The position numbers were made by a program, and so were the translations under genes. Below are positions 1 through 11,531 of a stretch of 43,781 bases of DNA, in pieces; within the stretch, counting starts at the first letter, position 1, and each line of letters opens with the position of its first letter. Below the pieces are notes generated by a model. The model was not told where the DNA came from. It saw nothing but the letters and a program-made list of their open reading frames with translations, and did no database searches. This DNA comes from Micrococcales bacterium (lineage in GTDB: Bacteria; Actinomycetota; Actinomycetes; Actinomycetales; WQXJ01): contig WQYN01000001.1 in the NCBI GenBank assembly GCA_009781225.1, positions 1 to 43,781 on the forward strand, given 5' to 3'.

Positions 1-215
1 GGCATCAACTTCATGTCGGACTCGTGGATCGCCTGAAATCCGCGAATCGACGATCCATCGAACATGAGGCCATCTAGGAACACGGACCGAGTGAACCCCG
101 ACGCCGGAATCGTGAAGTGCTGCATCACCCCCGGCAGATCACAGAAGCGGACGTCGACAAACTCCACGCCCTCACCCTCGACAAACGCCAGTGCGTCAGC
201 AGGATCATCAAACAC
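1..215 (-). CDS. glnA: Glutamine synthetase type I, N-terminal fragment (gene continues past the left edge)
   Basis: My own translation of the minus strand from GTG at 213-215 gives [71 protein letters not shown]. This carries the conserved GlnA N-terminal signature ([30 protein letters not shown]). There is an in-frame TGA just upstream and AGAGGGG about 10 nt before the GTG. The gene is truncated, so it is absent from the ORF track. Confidence 0.85.
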   Translation of the reverse strand, partial: MFDDPADALAFVEGEGVEFVDVRFCDLPGVMQHFTIPASGFTRSVFLDGLMFDGSSIRGFQAIHESDMKLM

Positions 216-253
216 CGGACCTCAACCCCTCTCTTCCAAGCACAGCATCACGC

Positions 254-1033
254 TCACCGCCCCCGCAACGCTTTGCGGTCGGGACGAGCCTTCAGGGGAT
301 CGATCCCCTTGGGGATGGGCAGGTTCACCCCGCCGAGCGCCTTGAGGCGACGCTCCACCACGGCGACTTCCGCCTTGGAGATGGATGGCTTCACCCGCTG
401 GATCTTCTTGTTGAGTTTGCGCAGCGGAACGCGCCCCTCCTCGCGCCCGGTGAGGAACACGATGACCCGGATGTCCGGGGCTACACGGTTCACCTTGCGG
501 GTCTCGGCCTCGACCATTTTCTCCAGGCGACCTCCCCCGGGACCTTCGCCCACGAGGAAGACGCCCGCCCGTCCCACGCCCCGGTAGACAAGGGCTCGGC
601 TGCGCGGATCAGCAGCGATCGGGTCCTCCTCGAAGAAGTACCCCTTGCGGATCTGACGCAGGGCCGCACCCACGGCGCCCGTCTCGTCCTCGATCCGCTT
701 GTAGGCTGCCCGCTCACCCCGGCTTGCCAGCACAATCATCGCCGCAACCAGGCCAAAGGGGACGCCTAGGATCGTCATGTAGATGACGCGCCCCATGAGG
801 AATCCCAGCCCCGCGAAGACCGCGACGGTGACGACCACCGCGACGAGCAGCCACATCCACAGCTGCGGATACACGGTCCTTGCGAGCTTGTAGATCTCCC
901 ACGTCTGCTGGTACCAGCGCTTTTTCTTCGGCTTCGCCGCCTTCTTCGCAGCCTTGGCGGCGCGCCGCGTCGCCAGACGACCCTTGGGTTCCTCCAAGGG
1001 CTCGGGAAGGTTGGTTGGTGTTACTCGGGCCAT
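254..1033 (-). CDS. DUF4191-family membrane protein
   Basis: ORF 254..1219 trimmed to the ATG at 1031-1033 (MARVTPTNLPEP), which lies 20 nt after the lpdA stop. It has a Lys/Ala-rich N-terminus, two TM helices (LWMWLLVAVVVTVAVFAGLGF, ILGVPFGLVAAMIVLA) and a conserved C-terminal domain. Its position beside lpdA/glnA is typical of actinobacterial DUF4191 genes. Confidence 0.75.
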   Translation of the reverse strand: MARVTPTNLPEPLEEPKGRLATRRAAKAAKKAAKPKKKRWYQQTWEIYKLARTVYPQLWMWLLVAVVVTVAVFAGLGFLMGRVIYMTILGVPFGLVAAMIVLASRGERAAYKRIEDETGAVGAALRQIRKGYFFEEDPIAADPRSRALVYRGVGRAGVFLVGEGPGGGRLEKMVEAETRKVNRVAPDIRVIVFLTGREEGRVPLRKLNKKIQRVKPSISKAEVAVVERRLKALGGVNLPIPKGIDPLKARPDRKALRGR

Positions 1034-1052
1034 GACCAGCGATCCTATCGAA

Positions 1053-2492
1053 CTAAGGGGCGAACTCGCCGCCAACCAGCCGCGCCTCCCCCGCCCCCGG
1101 CGGAACCTTCGTCGAGGAAAGCGCGTGCAGCGGCCTGCCGGCCAGGGCAAGGAAGGCCTCGCCCAGTGCCTCGCCCTGGGTGGGATGAGCGTGGATGAGA
1201 CGGGCGACATCATCCGCACGCGCCTCCCCGTTGACGATCAGTTGGGCCTCCCCCACGAGCTCGCCGACGCGCGCTCCCACAAGGTGAATCCCCACGACCG
1301 GGCCGTCCACCAGGCTCACCACCTTGACCATGCCAGCGGTTCCGAGGACAACGCTGCGGGCATTGGACCCCAGGGTCTGCGTCTCGACAGCGATGGCGTG
1401 AGCCCCGAAAACCTCAACAGCCTGCTCTTCCGTCAGCCCAACGCTCGCAACTTCCGGCTCGCAGTAGGTCACCCGCGGGATGCCCGACTCGCGCAGAGGC
1501 GGAACCACGTCCCCTGCGATCCTCTCGGCGACCGCCACTCCCTGGGCAAACCCCCGGTGGGCAAGCTGGAGTCCCGGCACAATGTCGCCGACCGCCCACA
1601 CATTCCCCGCCCCCGTGTGCAGCCGCTCATCGACCTGCACAAACCCGTCCTCCAGGCGCACCCCGGCCTCATCGAGCCCGATGGCCTCAGTGTTCGGGCG
1701 CCGTCCCACCGCGACGAGCAGCAGATCCGCCTCCACTGACCGTCCGTCATCGAGCAGCGCGCGAACCCCCGCCTCATCCTGCGCGACGGACTCGAGCCTC
1801 GCCCCTGCCCAGACGGCGATTCCACGCTTGCGAAACTCCCGGCCCAGAGCCTTCGAGACCGCCTCGTCCTCCTGCGGCAGGATTCTGTCCGCCACCTCAA
1901 TGATGGTGACGCGAGCCCCGAATGACCTCCAGAGCGAGGCGAACTCCACCCCGATCACCCCACCCCCAAGGACGATGGCGGACCTCGGGATCCATTCGAG
2001 TCGCACGGCTTGGTCTGAGGTGATAACGCGCCCCTCGACCGCCACTCCTGGAAGGCTCGCTGGTCGCGAGCCGGTCGCGATGATGAGGTGGCGGCCGGTG
2101 ATCTGCCGCCCGCCCACCTCGATGCTCGAGGCGCTCGTCAGCCGCCCGATCCCCTCGATGATGGTGACTCCCCGCGCCTCGAGAAGCCCCAACAACCCCC
2201 GGTAGAGCCGGTCAACGACTCCGCCGCGATAAGCAGCCAGCTTGGCGGGGTCAACCCGCGCCACGCTCGTCTCAATGCCGAGATCCCCAGCCCGGCGTAC
2301 GTCATCGGCCACCTCCGCGGCGCGCAGCATCGCCTTGGTGGGGATGCAGCCTCGGTGGAGGCACGTCCCTCCTACCTGGTGAGCTTCGATGAGCGCGACG
2401 CTCAACCCCCGCTGCGCAGCGCGCAAAGCAGCAGCGTATCCGGCTGATCCTGCTCCGAGAACAACAACATCGAAGGTGGTGGGTTCATCCAC
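1053..2492 (-). CDS. lpdA: Dihydrolipoyl dehydrogenase (E3 component)
   Basis: 479 aa. FAD-binding motif VVVLGAGSAGY, redox-active disulfide motif GGTCLHRGCIPTK, second dinucleotide fold VLGGGVIGVEFA, and a C-terminal dimerisation region with HAHPT. GTG start. Confidence 0.92.
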   Translation of the reverse strand: MDEPTTFDVVVLGAGSAGYAAALRAAQRGLSVALIEAHQVGGTCLHRGCIPTKAMLRAAEVADDVRRAGDLGIETSVARVDPAKLAAYRGGVVDRLYRGLLGLLEARGVTIIEGIGRLTSASSIEVGGRQITGRHLIIATGSRPASLPGVAVEGRVITSDQAVRLEWIPRSAIVLGGGVIGVEFASLWRSFGARVTIIEVADRILPQEDEAVSKALGREFRKRGIAVWAGARLESVAQDEAGVRALLDDGRSVEADLLLVAVGRRPNTEAIGLDEAGVRLEDGFVQVDERLHTGAGNVWAVGDIVPGLQLAHRGFAQGVAVAERIAGDVVPPLRESGIPRVTYCEPEVASVGLTEEQAVEVFGAHAIAVETQTLGSNARSVVLGTAGMVKVVSLVDGPVVGIHLVGARVGELVGEAQLIVNGEARADDVARLIHAHPTQGEALGEAFLALAGRPLHALSSTKVPPGAGEARLVGGEFAP

Positions 2493-2528
2493 AGCCTCGA
2501 ACTCCTATTCCCCCGCCCGGGGACCGAA

Positions 2529-2894
2529 TCAGGCAGGCGTCGGCTGTGCCGGGGTGCGGCGCCTGCGAAGGGCGGTGAGAGCCTCATCGAGAATGGCCGC
2601 GCCATCCTCGGCACTCCGGCGCTCCTTAACGTAGGCGAGGTGGGTCTTATACGGCTCGTTGCGGGGCGCGGGAGGCGGGTTGGACTGGTCCTGACCAGCG
2701 GGGAGGCCGCATCGTGGGCAGTCCCAGGTGTCGGGAACCACGGTCGTGGAGTCCTTGACAAAGCTCGGGCGCGTCTCGTGGAGGTTGGCGCACCAAAACG
2801 AGACAAAGACTCTTGGCGCGGCCTCGCCGCGCTCATCCTCACCCATGGGGCCCGCGCCCACGCGCGATCCCCTGATGGCACTTGACGTCGCCAT
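2529..2894 (-). CDS. rbpA: RNA polymerase-binding protein RbpA
   Basis: 121 aa. Contains RGSRVGAGPMGEDERGE, VSFWCANLHE and WDCPRCG, followed by the basic linker and sigma-interaction helix (YKTHLAYVKERR). Strong RBS GGGAGGAG upstream of the ATG. Confidence 0.9.
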   Translation of the reverse strand: MATSSAIRGSRVGAGPMGEDERGEAAPRVFVSFWCANLHETRPSFVKDSTTVVPDTWDCPRCGLPAGQDQSNPPPAPRNEPYKTHLAYVKERRSAEDGAAILDEALTALRRRRTPAQPTPA

Positions 2895-2929
2895 ATACTC
2901 CTCCCGAGGCTAGGAAGATCTGTCTGGGG

Positions 2930-3175
2930 TCAGGTCGCCCACTTGTGGATGAGGTCGAGGAGTATCACGGCGACAGTCCACACCCCGATGACAAGGACCG
3001 TGATCCGGTTCAGGTTGCGCTCAGCGACACCCGAGGAGCCGAGGTTCGAGGAGAATCCGCCTCCGAACATCTCCGACAGACCGCCGCCCTTGCCCTTGTG
3101 CATCAGGATGAGCAGCATGAGAAGGCCGCTGGTCAGGAGCAGGAACACCTGAAGCGTGATTTTCAGAGCGGTCAC
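2930..3175 (-). CDS. secG: Preprotein translocase subunit SecG
   Basis: 81 aa with two TM helices flanking a Gly-rich loop (HKGKGGGLSEMFGGG). Conserved position downstream of tpiA. GTG start with AAGGA RBS. Confidence 0.88.
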   Translation of the reverse strand: MTALKITLQVFLLLTSGLLMLLILMHKGKGGGLSEMFGGGFSSNLGSSGVAERNLNRITVLVIGVWTVAVILLDLIHKWAT

Positions 3176-3300
3176 GTTGAGTCAGTCCTTAGAGTCAGTA
3201 GGTCCGCGCCCAAGACGCCAGGGGGCCCGGGCACGCCGCCCCATTATACGCGGGTCCCCGCCCCGCCGGCGACACCTCACCTCACCGCACTGAGCATGTG

Positions 3301-3349
3301 GAAACCTGAGCATTAGCAGCGACGACAGCGTTCTCAATGCTCGGGTTTT
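3301..3349 (-). terminator. Stem-loop between tpiA and secG, a possible intrinsic terminator or attenuator
   Basis: The arm at 3302-3314 pairs with 3336-3348 (about 12 bp plus one G-U) around a 21-nt loop. A and T tracts flank it on both sides. It lies 30-75 nt downstream of the tpiA stop. The large loop makes it a weak candidate. Confidence 0.3.
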
Positions 3350-3376
3350 CACATGTTCGGCGCGGCAGCGAGCGCC

Positions 3377-4171
3377 TTACAACCCCACCGCGTGCTCCTG
3401 GTAGCGGACAATCCGGGCGAACTCGTCGGGATCGAGGCTTGCGCCTCCCACGAGGGCGCCGTCCACATCCTCTTCGGCCATGATGGCAGCGATGTTGCCG
3501 GACTTGACGGAGCCTCCGTACAGCACCCGGACCGCATCGGCAACCGCAGAAGAGTAGAGCTCAGCGAGGCGAACACGGATCGCGGCGCAGACCTCCTGGG
3601 CGTCGCGCGGGGTGGCGACCTCCCCGGTGCCGATCGCCCAGACCGGTTCGTAGGCCACGACAGCCCGCGCTGCCAGCGCCGCCGGCAGCCCCTCGAAGCA
3701 GCCGTCCACCTGGGCCAAGGTGTAGGGAACCTGGCGGCCCTCCTTGCGCACCGACAAGGCCTCCCCCACGCAGATGATGGGGGTGATCTCGTGGGCGAAG
3801 GCGATCGCGGCCTTGGCCCCGACCAGGGCGTCAGACTCGTCGTGGTATTGCCGCCGCTCCGAGTGGCCGACCACAACGTAGCGGCAGCCCAGCTTCGCCA
3901 GCATCGCGGCCGACACCTCCCCGGTGTAGGCCCCAGACTCCTGAGCCGAGACATCCTGGGCGCCGTAGGCCAGCGGGAAGCTCTCGGCGTCCACGAGCGT
4001 CTGCACGCTGCGCAGGTCTGTGAACGGCGGGATTACCGCGACCTCGACCTTGCCGTAGTCGTGCTTGACGTCGCCCAAGGCCCAGGCCAGCTTCTGAACC
4101 ACGGCGATCGCCTGGGTGTGATCGAGGTTCATCTTCCAGTTGCCCGCCATGAGCGGGATGCGCTGCGCCAT
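3377..4171 (-). CDS. tpiA: Triosephosphate isomerase
   Basis: 264 aa. Motifs AGNWKMN, VGHSERR and [11 protein letters not shown]. Confidence 0.96.
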   Translation of the reverse strand: MAQRIPLMAGNWKMNLDHTQAIAVVQKLAWALGDVKHDYGKVEVAVIPPFTDLRSVQTLVDAESFPLAYGAQDVSAQESGAYTGEVSAAMLAKLGCRYVVVGHSERRQYHDESDALVGAKAAIAFAHEITPIICVGEALSVRKEGRQVPYTLAQVDGCFEGLPAALAARAVVAYEPVWAIGTGEVATPRDAQEVCAAIRVRLAELYSSAVADAVRVLYGGSVKSGNIAAIMAEEDVDGALVGGASLDPDEFARIVRYQEHAVGL

Positions 4172-4174
4172 CGT

Positions 4175-5365
4175 TCAGCCCTCCAAGACTGCGATGCCGG
4201 GGAGGGTCTTGCCCTCCAGGAACTCCAGCGACGCTCCGCCGCCGGTCGAGATGTGGCCGAAGCCGTTGATGTCGAGCCCCAGGAGTCGCACCGCGGCAGC
4301 TGAGTCTCCGCCGCCCACGATCGAAAAGGCGTCGGAGTCCACGAGCGCCTGGGCCACCGCCCGCGTCCCCCCCGCGAAGATGGGCAGTTCAAAGACCCCC
4401 ACCGGGCCGTTCCACACGACGGTCTTGGCGGCCAGGATCTTCTCACGGAAGAGCTCGCGCGACTCCGGTCCAATGTCGAGCCCCATGAGGTCGTGGGGAA
4501 TCGCATTTGCGCGCACGATGACGGGACTTGCGTCGGGCTTGATGTCGTCCGCCACGACGAGGTCGATGGGCAGGACGATCTCGACTCCCATCGTCGCGGC
4601 ACGCTCGAGGTACTCCTTGACCTGGTTGATCTGGTCGGCTTCGAGGAGAGAGCGGCCCACCTCGTGGCCCTGGGCTGCGAGGAAGGTGTAGACCATGCCG
4701 CCGCCGATAAGGAGGCAGTCCGCCTTGTCGAGCAGGTGGGAGATGACGCCGAGCTTGTCGGAGACCTTGGAGCCGCCGAGGATGACGACGTACGGCCGCT
4801 CGGGATTGTCGGTCGCCCGGGACAAGGCCTCGACCTCCGTCAGGACGAGCCCGCCCACCGCGGAAGGGAGACGCTTCGCCACGTCGTAGACCGACGCCTG
4901 CTTCCGGTGAACCACGCCAAAACCGTCGGAGACATAGGCGTCCCCGAGGGCGGCGAGCTCGTCGGCAAAGGCGCCACGGGCGCCATCGTCCTTCGAGGTT
5001 TCACCGGGGTTGAAGCGCAGGTTCTCCAAGAGCGCGACGTCACCGTCACCCAGACCTGCGACAACAGTCTGGGCCGAGGAGCCCACCGTGTCGACCGCGA
5101 AGGCGACGGGCGCGCCCAGCAGGTCACCGAGGCGCTGGGCCACGGGGGCCAGCGAGAACCGCTCCTCGGGCGCGCCTTTGGGACGGCCAAGGTGCGCCAT
5201 GACGATGACGCGAGCTCCCGCTGAGGTGAGTGACTTGATGGTCGGGAGCGAGGCGCGGATGCGCCCATCGTCCGTGATCACGGTGCCGTCGAGCGGCACG
5301 TTGAGGTCGCAGCGAACGAGCACGCGCTTGCCGCGCAGGTCGCCAAGGTCCTTGATGGTCTTCAT
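4175..5365 (-). CDS. pgk: Phosphoglycerate kinase
   Basis: 396 aa. Motifs [12 protein letters not shown], a NGPVGVFE-like segment and [13 protein letters not shown]. Only 3 nt upstream of tpiA. Confidence 0.96.
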   Translation of the reverse strand: MKTIKDLGDLRGKRVLVRCDLNVPLDGTVITDDGRIRASLPTIKSLTSAGARVIVMAHLGRPKGAPEERFSLAPVAQRLGDLLGAPVAFAVDTVGSSAQTVVAGLGDGDVALLENLRFNPGETSKDDGARGAFADELAALGDAYVSDGFGVVHRKQASVYDVAKRLPSAVGGLVLTEVEALSRATDNPERPYVVILGGSKVSDKLGVISHLLDKADCLLIGGGMVYTFLAAQGHEVGRSLLEADQINQVKEYLERAATMGVEIVLPIDLVVADDIKPDASPVIVRANAIPHDLMGLDIGPESRELFREKILAAKTVVWNGPVGVFELPIFAGGTRAVAQALVDSDAFSIVGGGDSAAAVRLLGLDINGFGHISTGGGASLEFLEGKTLPGIAVLEG

Positions 5366-5392
5366 CTGTGTTTCCCCCCGCTGAAGTGGTGC

Positions 5393-6478
<1,086 letters not shown>

Positions 6479-6523
6479 TCAAACCCCCGGTCAGGGCCAC
6501 CGATCACCCTAGCACTCCCGGAC

Positions 6524-7504
6524 TTAGAGATCGTCGTAGTCCGAGGGTACGGCTGCCTCCGTGGGCGGTAGGCCCAGCTCGGCGGCGCGACGATCCGCCA
6601 TGGCGAGCAACCGGCGGATTCTCCCCGCGACCGCATCCTTGGTCAACGGAGGGTCGGCGAGCTGGCCCAGTTCCTCCAGCGACGCCTGCTTGTTTGCCAT
6701 CCGAAGCTCGGCCGCCTGACGCAGGTGGTCGGGGACTTCTCCCTCGAGGATGTCGAAGGCGCGGGCAACCCGGGCGGCCGCTGCCACCGCCGCCCGAGCG
6801 GAGCGGCGCAGGTTCGCGTCATCGAAGTTGGCCAGGCGGTTCGCTGTTCCCCGGACCTCACGTCGAAGGCGACGCTCCTCGAACTCCAGGACCGACTCGT
6901 GGGCTCCCATGAGCGTCAAGATCCGATGGATCGCATCCCCGTCCCGGATGATCACGCGATCAGCCCCGCGCACGTCCCGACTCTTGGCGGCCACCCCGGC
7001 GCGTCGTCCGGCCCCCACGAGCGCCAACGCTGCCTCGGGGCCGGGAGAGGCGATCTCCAGGGCGCAGGAACGCCCCGGCTCCGTCAAGGATCCACGCGCC
7101 AAGAAGGCCCCTCGCCAGGCGGCGATTGCATCGCAGATCCCCGCCGAGACAATCTGGGGTGGCAGCCCCCGCACAGGCCGTCCCCGCGTATCGAGCAGCC
7201 CGGTCTGACGGGCCAGCGACTCCCCCGACTGGGCAAACCGCACGTGGTAGCGGTTGGCTCGCCGCAACCCCCCGGAGGAGACGACGATGATTTCCGAGCG
7301 GTACCCGTACAGATCGAGCACCGTCTGGCGGAGTCGACGCGCGGCCATCGCCGTATCGAGTTCCGCCTCGACCACGATCCGGGAGGAGATGATGTGGAGC
7401 CCCCCGGCAAACCGCAGGGTCGAGGCCGTCTCTGCTTTGCGGCAGCACACATTGTCCGACTCGATGCGGGCCAGCTCTTCCTTGACGCGCGCGGTCAGCG
7501 CCAT
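6524..7504 (-). CDS. whiA: DNA-binding sporulation/cell-division regulator WhiA
   Basis: 326 aa. N-terminus is typical of WhiA ([11 protein letters not shown]). It has a degenerate LAGLIDADG-like core and a C-terminal HTH region ([30 protein letters not shown]). Conserved rapZ-yvcK-whiA order. Confidence 0.92.
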   Translation of the reverse strand: MALTARVKEELARIESDNVCCRKAETASTLRFAGGLHIISSRIVVEAELDTAMAARRLRQTVLDLYGYRSEIIVVSSGGLRRANRYHVRFAQSGESLARQTGLLDTRGRPVRGLPPQIVSAGICDAIAAWRGAFLARGSLTEPGRSCALEIASPGPEAALALVGAGRRAGVAAKSRDVRGADRVIIRDGDAIHRILTLMGAHESVLEFEERRLRREVRGTANRLANFDDANLRRSARAAVAAAARVARAFDILEGEVPDHLRQAAELRMANKQASLEELGQLADPPLTKDAVAGRIRRLLAMADRRAAELGLPPTEAAVPSDYDDL

Positions 7505-8517
7505 CCGGGCCCTCCTTGGTGGGCATTGTTCCTCGACGAGCCGTCAAACTCGCCGAAGGCGTCGCGGTAGGCAGACGCCAGGCGAAGCTCGTCGTGGCTC
7601 CCCAGGGCAGACGCAGACTTCACGTTGCGGATGAGCACTCGTCCGTTTCCTGGCGGGCGGAAGGAGGCAAGCCCCTCCCGCAGCGTGGTGTCCGCGAGGA
7701 TCACGTCGAACTCGATCATGGGAGCATACTCACTTAATGCCGCCAGATGATCCACGGGACTGAACCCCGCGGTCTCTCCGGCTTGACCGGTGAGGTTCAA
7801 CACGACCATCTTGCGGGCCTTCGAGGTGGCAATTGCCGACGCCAGCTCGGGGATCAGGACGTGGGGAATCACTGAGGTGTACCACGACCCCGGCCCCAAG
7901 ACGATCCAATCGGCAACCGAAAGCGCAGCCACCGCCTCGGGGCAGGCCGGCGCATCGGCGGGATCCAGACGAATCGCGTCGACGCGTCCCCCGGCAACTG
8001 CCACCCGATGCTGCCCCCGGATCGTGGTAGTCCACTCTTCGCCGTCCTCGACAACGCGGGTGATGTCTGCCTCGACCGTGAGTGGCACTTCGGCCATCGG
8101 CAGCACCCGGCCGCTGGCCCCCAGGAGTCGCCCGATCAGTTCCAGGGCGTCGCAGGGATTGCCCAGCAGCTGCCATAGGGCCACGATCAGCAGATTCCCC
8201 AGCGCGTGCCCGCTCAGCTCGCCGGAGGAGTCGAAGCGATGCTGGAGGACATCGCGCCACACGCGACCCCACTCCGACTCGTCGGTCAGAGCGGCCAGGG
8301 CCATCCGAAGGTCGCCTGGGGGAAGGACCGCGAACTCTTGGCGCAAGCGTCCTGAGGATCCGCCATCGTCCGCGACGGTTACGACTGCGGTCAAGCGGGG
8401 GGTGAGATGGCGCAGGGCGGCGAGGGTGACGGCAAGGCCGTGCCCTCCTCCCATGGCCACGACGGCGGGGGCGGAACGGATGACGGGAAGCGGTCCCGTG
8501 TGGGCAAGGGTTGTCAT
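7495..8517 (-). CDS. yvcK: YvcK/CofD-like gluconeogenesis factor (UPF0052)
   Basis: 340 aa. Contains the GGGHGL motif and a CofD-like fold signature. Its ATG overlaps the rapZ stop (ATGA), and its 3' end overlaps the whiA start by 10 nt. Confidence 0.9.
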   Translation of the reverse strand: MTTLAHTGPLPVIRSAPAVVAMGGGHGLAVTLAALRHLTPRLTAVVTVADDGGSSGRLRQEFAVLPPGDLRMALAALTDESEWGRVWRDVLQHRFDSSGELSGHALGNLLIVALWQLLGNPCDALELIGRLLGASGRVLPMAEVPLTVEADITRVVEDGEEWTTTIRGQHRVAVAGGRVDAIRLDPADAPACPEAVAALSVADWIVLGPGSWYTSVIPHVLIPELASAIATSKARKMVVLNLTGQAGETAGFSPVDHLAALSEYAPMIEFDVILADTTLREGLASFRPPGNGRVLIRNVKSASALGSHDELRLASAYRDAFGEFDGSSRNNAHQGGPGWR

Positions 8518-9467
8518 GCGCGGGCGAGATCTCGGTGATGGACGCGGGTGATCGCGTCGGGGCGGAGGGCTTCGGCTAGGGCTTCGGCGATGGCGACCGA
8601 CCGGTGTCGTCCACCGGTGCAGCCGATGGCCACGGTGAGGTGGAGCTTGTGTTCGCGCACGTAACCCACGAGAGCCAGGCGCAGCACCTCGACGTAGCGG
8701 TCGATGAAGGCCGCAGCGTCGGGCAGGCCCAGGACAAAGTCCCGGACCGGCCGGTCAACGCCCGTCATGTGTCTCAGCTCGTCAATCCAGAACGGGTTGG
8801 TCAAGAAGCGCACGTCCACGACGTGGTTGGCGTCCAGCGGCAGCCCGTGCTTAAAGCCGAAGCTCATGAAGGAGACGGTCAGGGCGCTTAGGCCCCCGAT
8901 CCCGATCGTCTGGTCCAGGGCCTCGGGGAAGTCGCGGGCGGACAGGGTTGAGGTGTCGAGCACGGCGTCGGCCCGCAGGCGCATCGCCTCGAGCACGTCC
9001 CGCTCGCGTTCAATGCCGGCGAGGATTGTCCCGTCTCCCTGAAGCGGATGGGGTCGGCGGGAGGACTCGAATCGCTTGACGAGCGCGGCGTCCGAGGCGT
9101 CAAGGAAGACAACGCGGTGGGCCTGACCTGCGGCTTTCAACGCCTCCAGCGCGGCGACGAGCGTCTCGAAGTACTGGCGGGCCCGCACGTCGACCACGAC
9201 GGCCAAGTGCTGGATCCCCCCTCCGCCGGACATCATGCCCGCGAGCGGCGCGATGAGGCGGGGCGGCAGGTTGTCCACGACATACCATCCCCGGTCCTGG
9301 AGCGCCTTGGCCGCCCCCGTCTTGCCAGCGCCGGACATGCCGGTGACGACGAGCAGTTCGCCGGGGCCTGACGGGGTGGGCGCGCCGAGAGCCGGAGGGG
9401 TTCCCAGCTCGGCTTCGACGCGATCAATGCCTTCGGGCGCGGTGAGGGGTACGAGGTCTGGGTGCAT
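8514..9467 (-). CDS. rapZ: RNase adapter / nucleotide-binding protein RapZ (YvcJ)
   Basis: P-loop VVTGMSGAGKTGAAKAL followed by GWYVVDNLP, and a C-terminal CTGGRHRSV motif. I chose the ATG at 9465-9467 (MHPDLVPL), 11 nt after the uvrC stop. The ORF track extends to 9530, which would overlap uvrC. Confidence 0.88.
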   Translation of the reverse strand: MHPDLVPLTAPEGIDRVEAELGTPPALGAPTPSGPGELLVVTGMSGAGKTGAAKALQDRGWYVVDNLPPRLIAPLAGMMSGGGGIQHLAVVVDVRARQYFETLVAALEALKAAGQAHRVVFLDASDAALVKRFESSRRPHPLQGDGTILAGIERERDVLEAMRLRADAVLDTSTLSARDFPEALDQTIGIGGLSALTVSFMSFGFKHGLPLDANHVVDVRFLTNPFWIDELRHMTGVDRPVRDFVLGLPDAAAFIDRYVEVLRLALVGYVREHKLHLTVAIGCTGGRHRSVAIAEALAEALRPDAITRVHHRDLARA

Positions 9468-9478
9468 GGGGGGTACGC

Positions 9479-11404
9479 TCACCGCTCCAGTCTGCCAGGG
9501 TTGGCGGCCTTGGGTTGCAACGCCTCCCACACCGCCCTCGCCATCGCGGGCCCGAACCCCCGGACCTCAGTGATCTCCTCGACCGTTGCCCGCGCCGCCT
9601 TGGGCACCGACCCGAAATGCTCGATGAGCGAGGCGAGCTTGACCGGGCCAAACCCCGGAATCGAATCCAAGGCTGACCCCGCCGTCATCGCCTTCGAGCG
9701 CCGGCTCCGGTGGTAGGTGATGGCGACGCGGTGCGCCTCGTCACGCAGCCGTTGCAGCAGGTAGAGCCCCTCCGAGGCGCGGGGAAGGATGACGGGGTAC
9801 GGGTTGTTCGCCAGCCACACCTCCTCAAGTCGCTTGGCGAGCCCCGCAAGCGCAATGCCCTCGACGCCAGCCTCGCGCATCGCGGCCCACGCCGCCGCCA
9901 CCTGGGGTGCGCCACCGTCCACGAGCACAAGCTGGGGTCGATAAGCAAAGCGGGGCACCTCGCCACCTTTTCCGCGCACGATGGCGGAGGTTGAGTCTAG
10001 GCCGTCATCGTCCGTAGTGGGTTGCGTGAGGCGGGCGAAGCGGCGGGTGAGAACCTCATGAAGGGCAGCGGTGTCGTCCGAGGTGCTCTGGACGGCGAAG
10101 CGGCGGTATTCGGATTTGCGGGCGAGGCCGTCCTCGAAGACGACCATGGAGGCGGACTGGTGGGTCCCCTGGGTCGTGGAAATGTCGTAGCACTCGATGC
10201 GCAGGGGGGCCTCGCTCATGCCCAGGGCGTCTTGGATCTCGCGAAGGGCGAGGGAGCGGGAGGTGAGATCGGTGGAGCGCTGGGTCTTGTGGAGGGCAAG
10301 CGCCTGGGCGGCGTTCTCCTGGACCGTGGCTGCCAGGGCGGCTTTCTCGCCGCGCAAGGGGACGCGCAGCTCGACCTTGGCGCCGCGCCGGACACGGAGC
10401 CAGGCAGCGGCCTGGGCGAGGTTGTCGGGCGTGGCCGGGAGGAGGATCTCGCGCGGGATGTCCGCATCCTCGGGGCCGTAGACGCTTGTGAGGAGACGTT
10501 CAACGAGCTGGCCGTCGGTGACGTCCTCGACCTTCTCAACGATCCATCCTCGCTGTCCCCTCACTCTCCCGCCGCGGACGAAAAATACGTGGACGGCGGC
10601 CTCAAGGTCGTCTTGGGCCAGGCCAAAAACGTCAGCATCCGTGGCGTCGGGGAGGACCACGGCGTTGCGCTCCCCCACCTTGGCCAGGGCGGCGGCGTCA
10701 TCTCTCAGGCGCGCGGCTTTCTCGAAGTCGAGGTCCGCGGAGGCTTGTCTCATCTCTGCCTCAAGGTCGGCCTGGTAGCGGGCGGGGTCCCCGGCCATGA
10801 AGGCGCAGAGTTCGTTGACGAGTTTCCGATGGGCGCCGGGGGTGATCTTCCCGACGCAGGGTGCCGAGCACTTCCCGATGTCATAGAAGAGACAGGCCCG
10901 ACCCTGCGCTTTTGTCCGTCGAAAGACACTGGGCGAGCAGGTGCGCACGGGGAAGACCCTCAGGAGGAGATCGAGGGTCTCGCGAATGGCCCAGGCGTGG
11001 GTGTAGGGGCCGAAGGCTTTGCTCCCAGGGCGCTTGGCTGAGCGGGTGACATGGGCGCGTGGGATGTCCTCGCCGAGGGTGACAACGAGGAACGGATAGG
11101 ACTTGTCGTCTCGGTATTTGATATTGAACCGAGGTTCGTGGATCTTGATCCACTCGTATTCGAGGGCGAGGGCCTCTACCTCAGTCGCGGTGATGGTCCA
11201 CTCGACACGCGCGGCTCCTGCGACCATGGCGCGCGTGCGCGGGTGGAGCGCGCTCGGGTCCTGGAAGTAGGAATTGAGGCGGCTACGCAGGGACTTTGCC
11301 TTCCCAACGTAGATGACACGCCCGTCGGCGTCCCGGAACCGGTAGACGCCCGGAGTGGTCGGAATCTGACCTGACGCGGGGCGCAGGGAATCCGAGATTG
11401 CCAT
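9479..11404 (-). CDS. uvrC: Excinuclease ABC subunit C
   Basis: GIY-YIG motif (GVYRFRDADGRVIYVGKAKSLRSRLNSYF), UVR domain (DLDFEKAARLRD), and RNase H-like and C-terminal (HhH)2 regions. I chose the ATG at 11404 (MAISDSLRP). The ORF track's maximal start is 11482. Confidence 0.93.
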   Translation of the reverse strand: MAISDSLRPASGQIPTTPGVYRFRDADGRVIYVGKAKSLRSRLNSYFQDPSALHPRTRAMVAGAARVEWTITATEVEALALEYEWIKIHEPRFNIKYRDDKSYPFLVVTLGEDIPRAHVTRSAKRPGSKAFGPYTHAWAIRETLDLLLRVFPVRTCSPSVFRRTKAQGRACLFYDIGKCSAPCVGKITPGAHRKLVNELCAFMAGDPARYQADLEAEMRQASADLDFEKAARLRDDAAALAKVGERNAVVLPDATDADVFGLAQDDLEAAVHVFFVRGGRVRGQRGWIVEKVEDVTDGQLVERLLTSVYGPEDADIPREILLPATPDNLAQAAAWLRVRRGAKVELRVPLRGEKAALAATVQENAAQALALHKTQRSTDLTSRSLALREIQDALGMSEAPLRIECYDISTTQGTHQSASMVVFEDGLARKSEYRRFAVQSTSDDTAALHEVLTRRFARLTQPTTDDDGLDSTSAIVRGKGGEVPRFAYRPQLVLVDGGAPQVAAAWAAMREAGVEGIALAGLAKRLEEVWLANNPYPVILPRASEGLYLLQRLRDEAHRVAITYHRSRRSKAMTAGSALDSIPGFGPVKLASLIEHFGSVPKAARATVEEITEVRGFGPAMARAVWEALQPKAANPGRLER

Positions 11405-11531
11405 GCCGACCAGCGTAGTCGGCCGCAGGCGGGGCGGATCTCCACCGATTCTCCACAGTTCTCGTTGCCAAATCGTGACCATTCGCTAGACTGACGAGCG
11501 ACCTGCCGTTCGCCGCGTCAAGGAGTTGTCT

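Noticed and set aside
64-769. Three overlapping plus-strand ORFs at the left edge (64..345, 117..587, 191..769)
   Set aside because: The minus strand here encodes a clear GlnA N-terminus (1-215) and the DUF4191 protein (254-1033). The plus-strand translations are low-complexity Pro/Arg/Ser strings.
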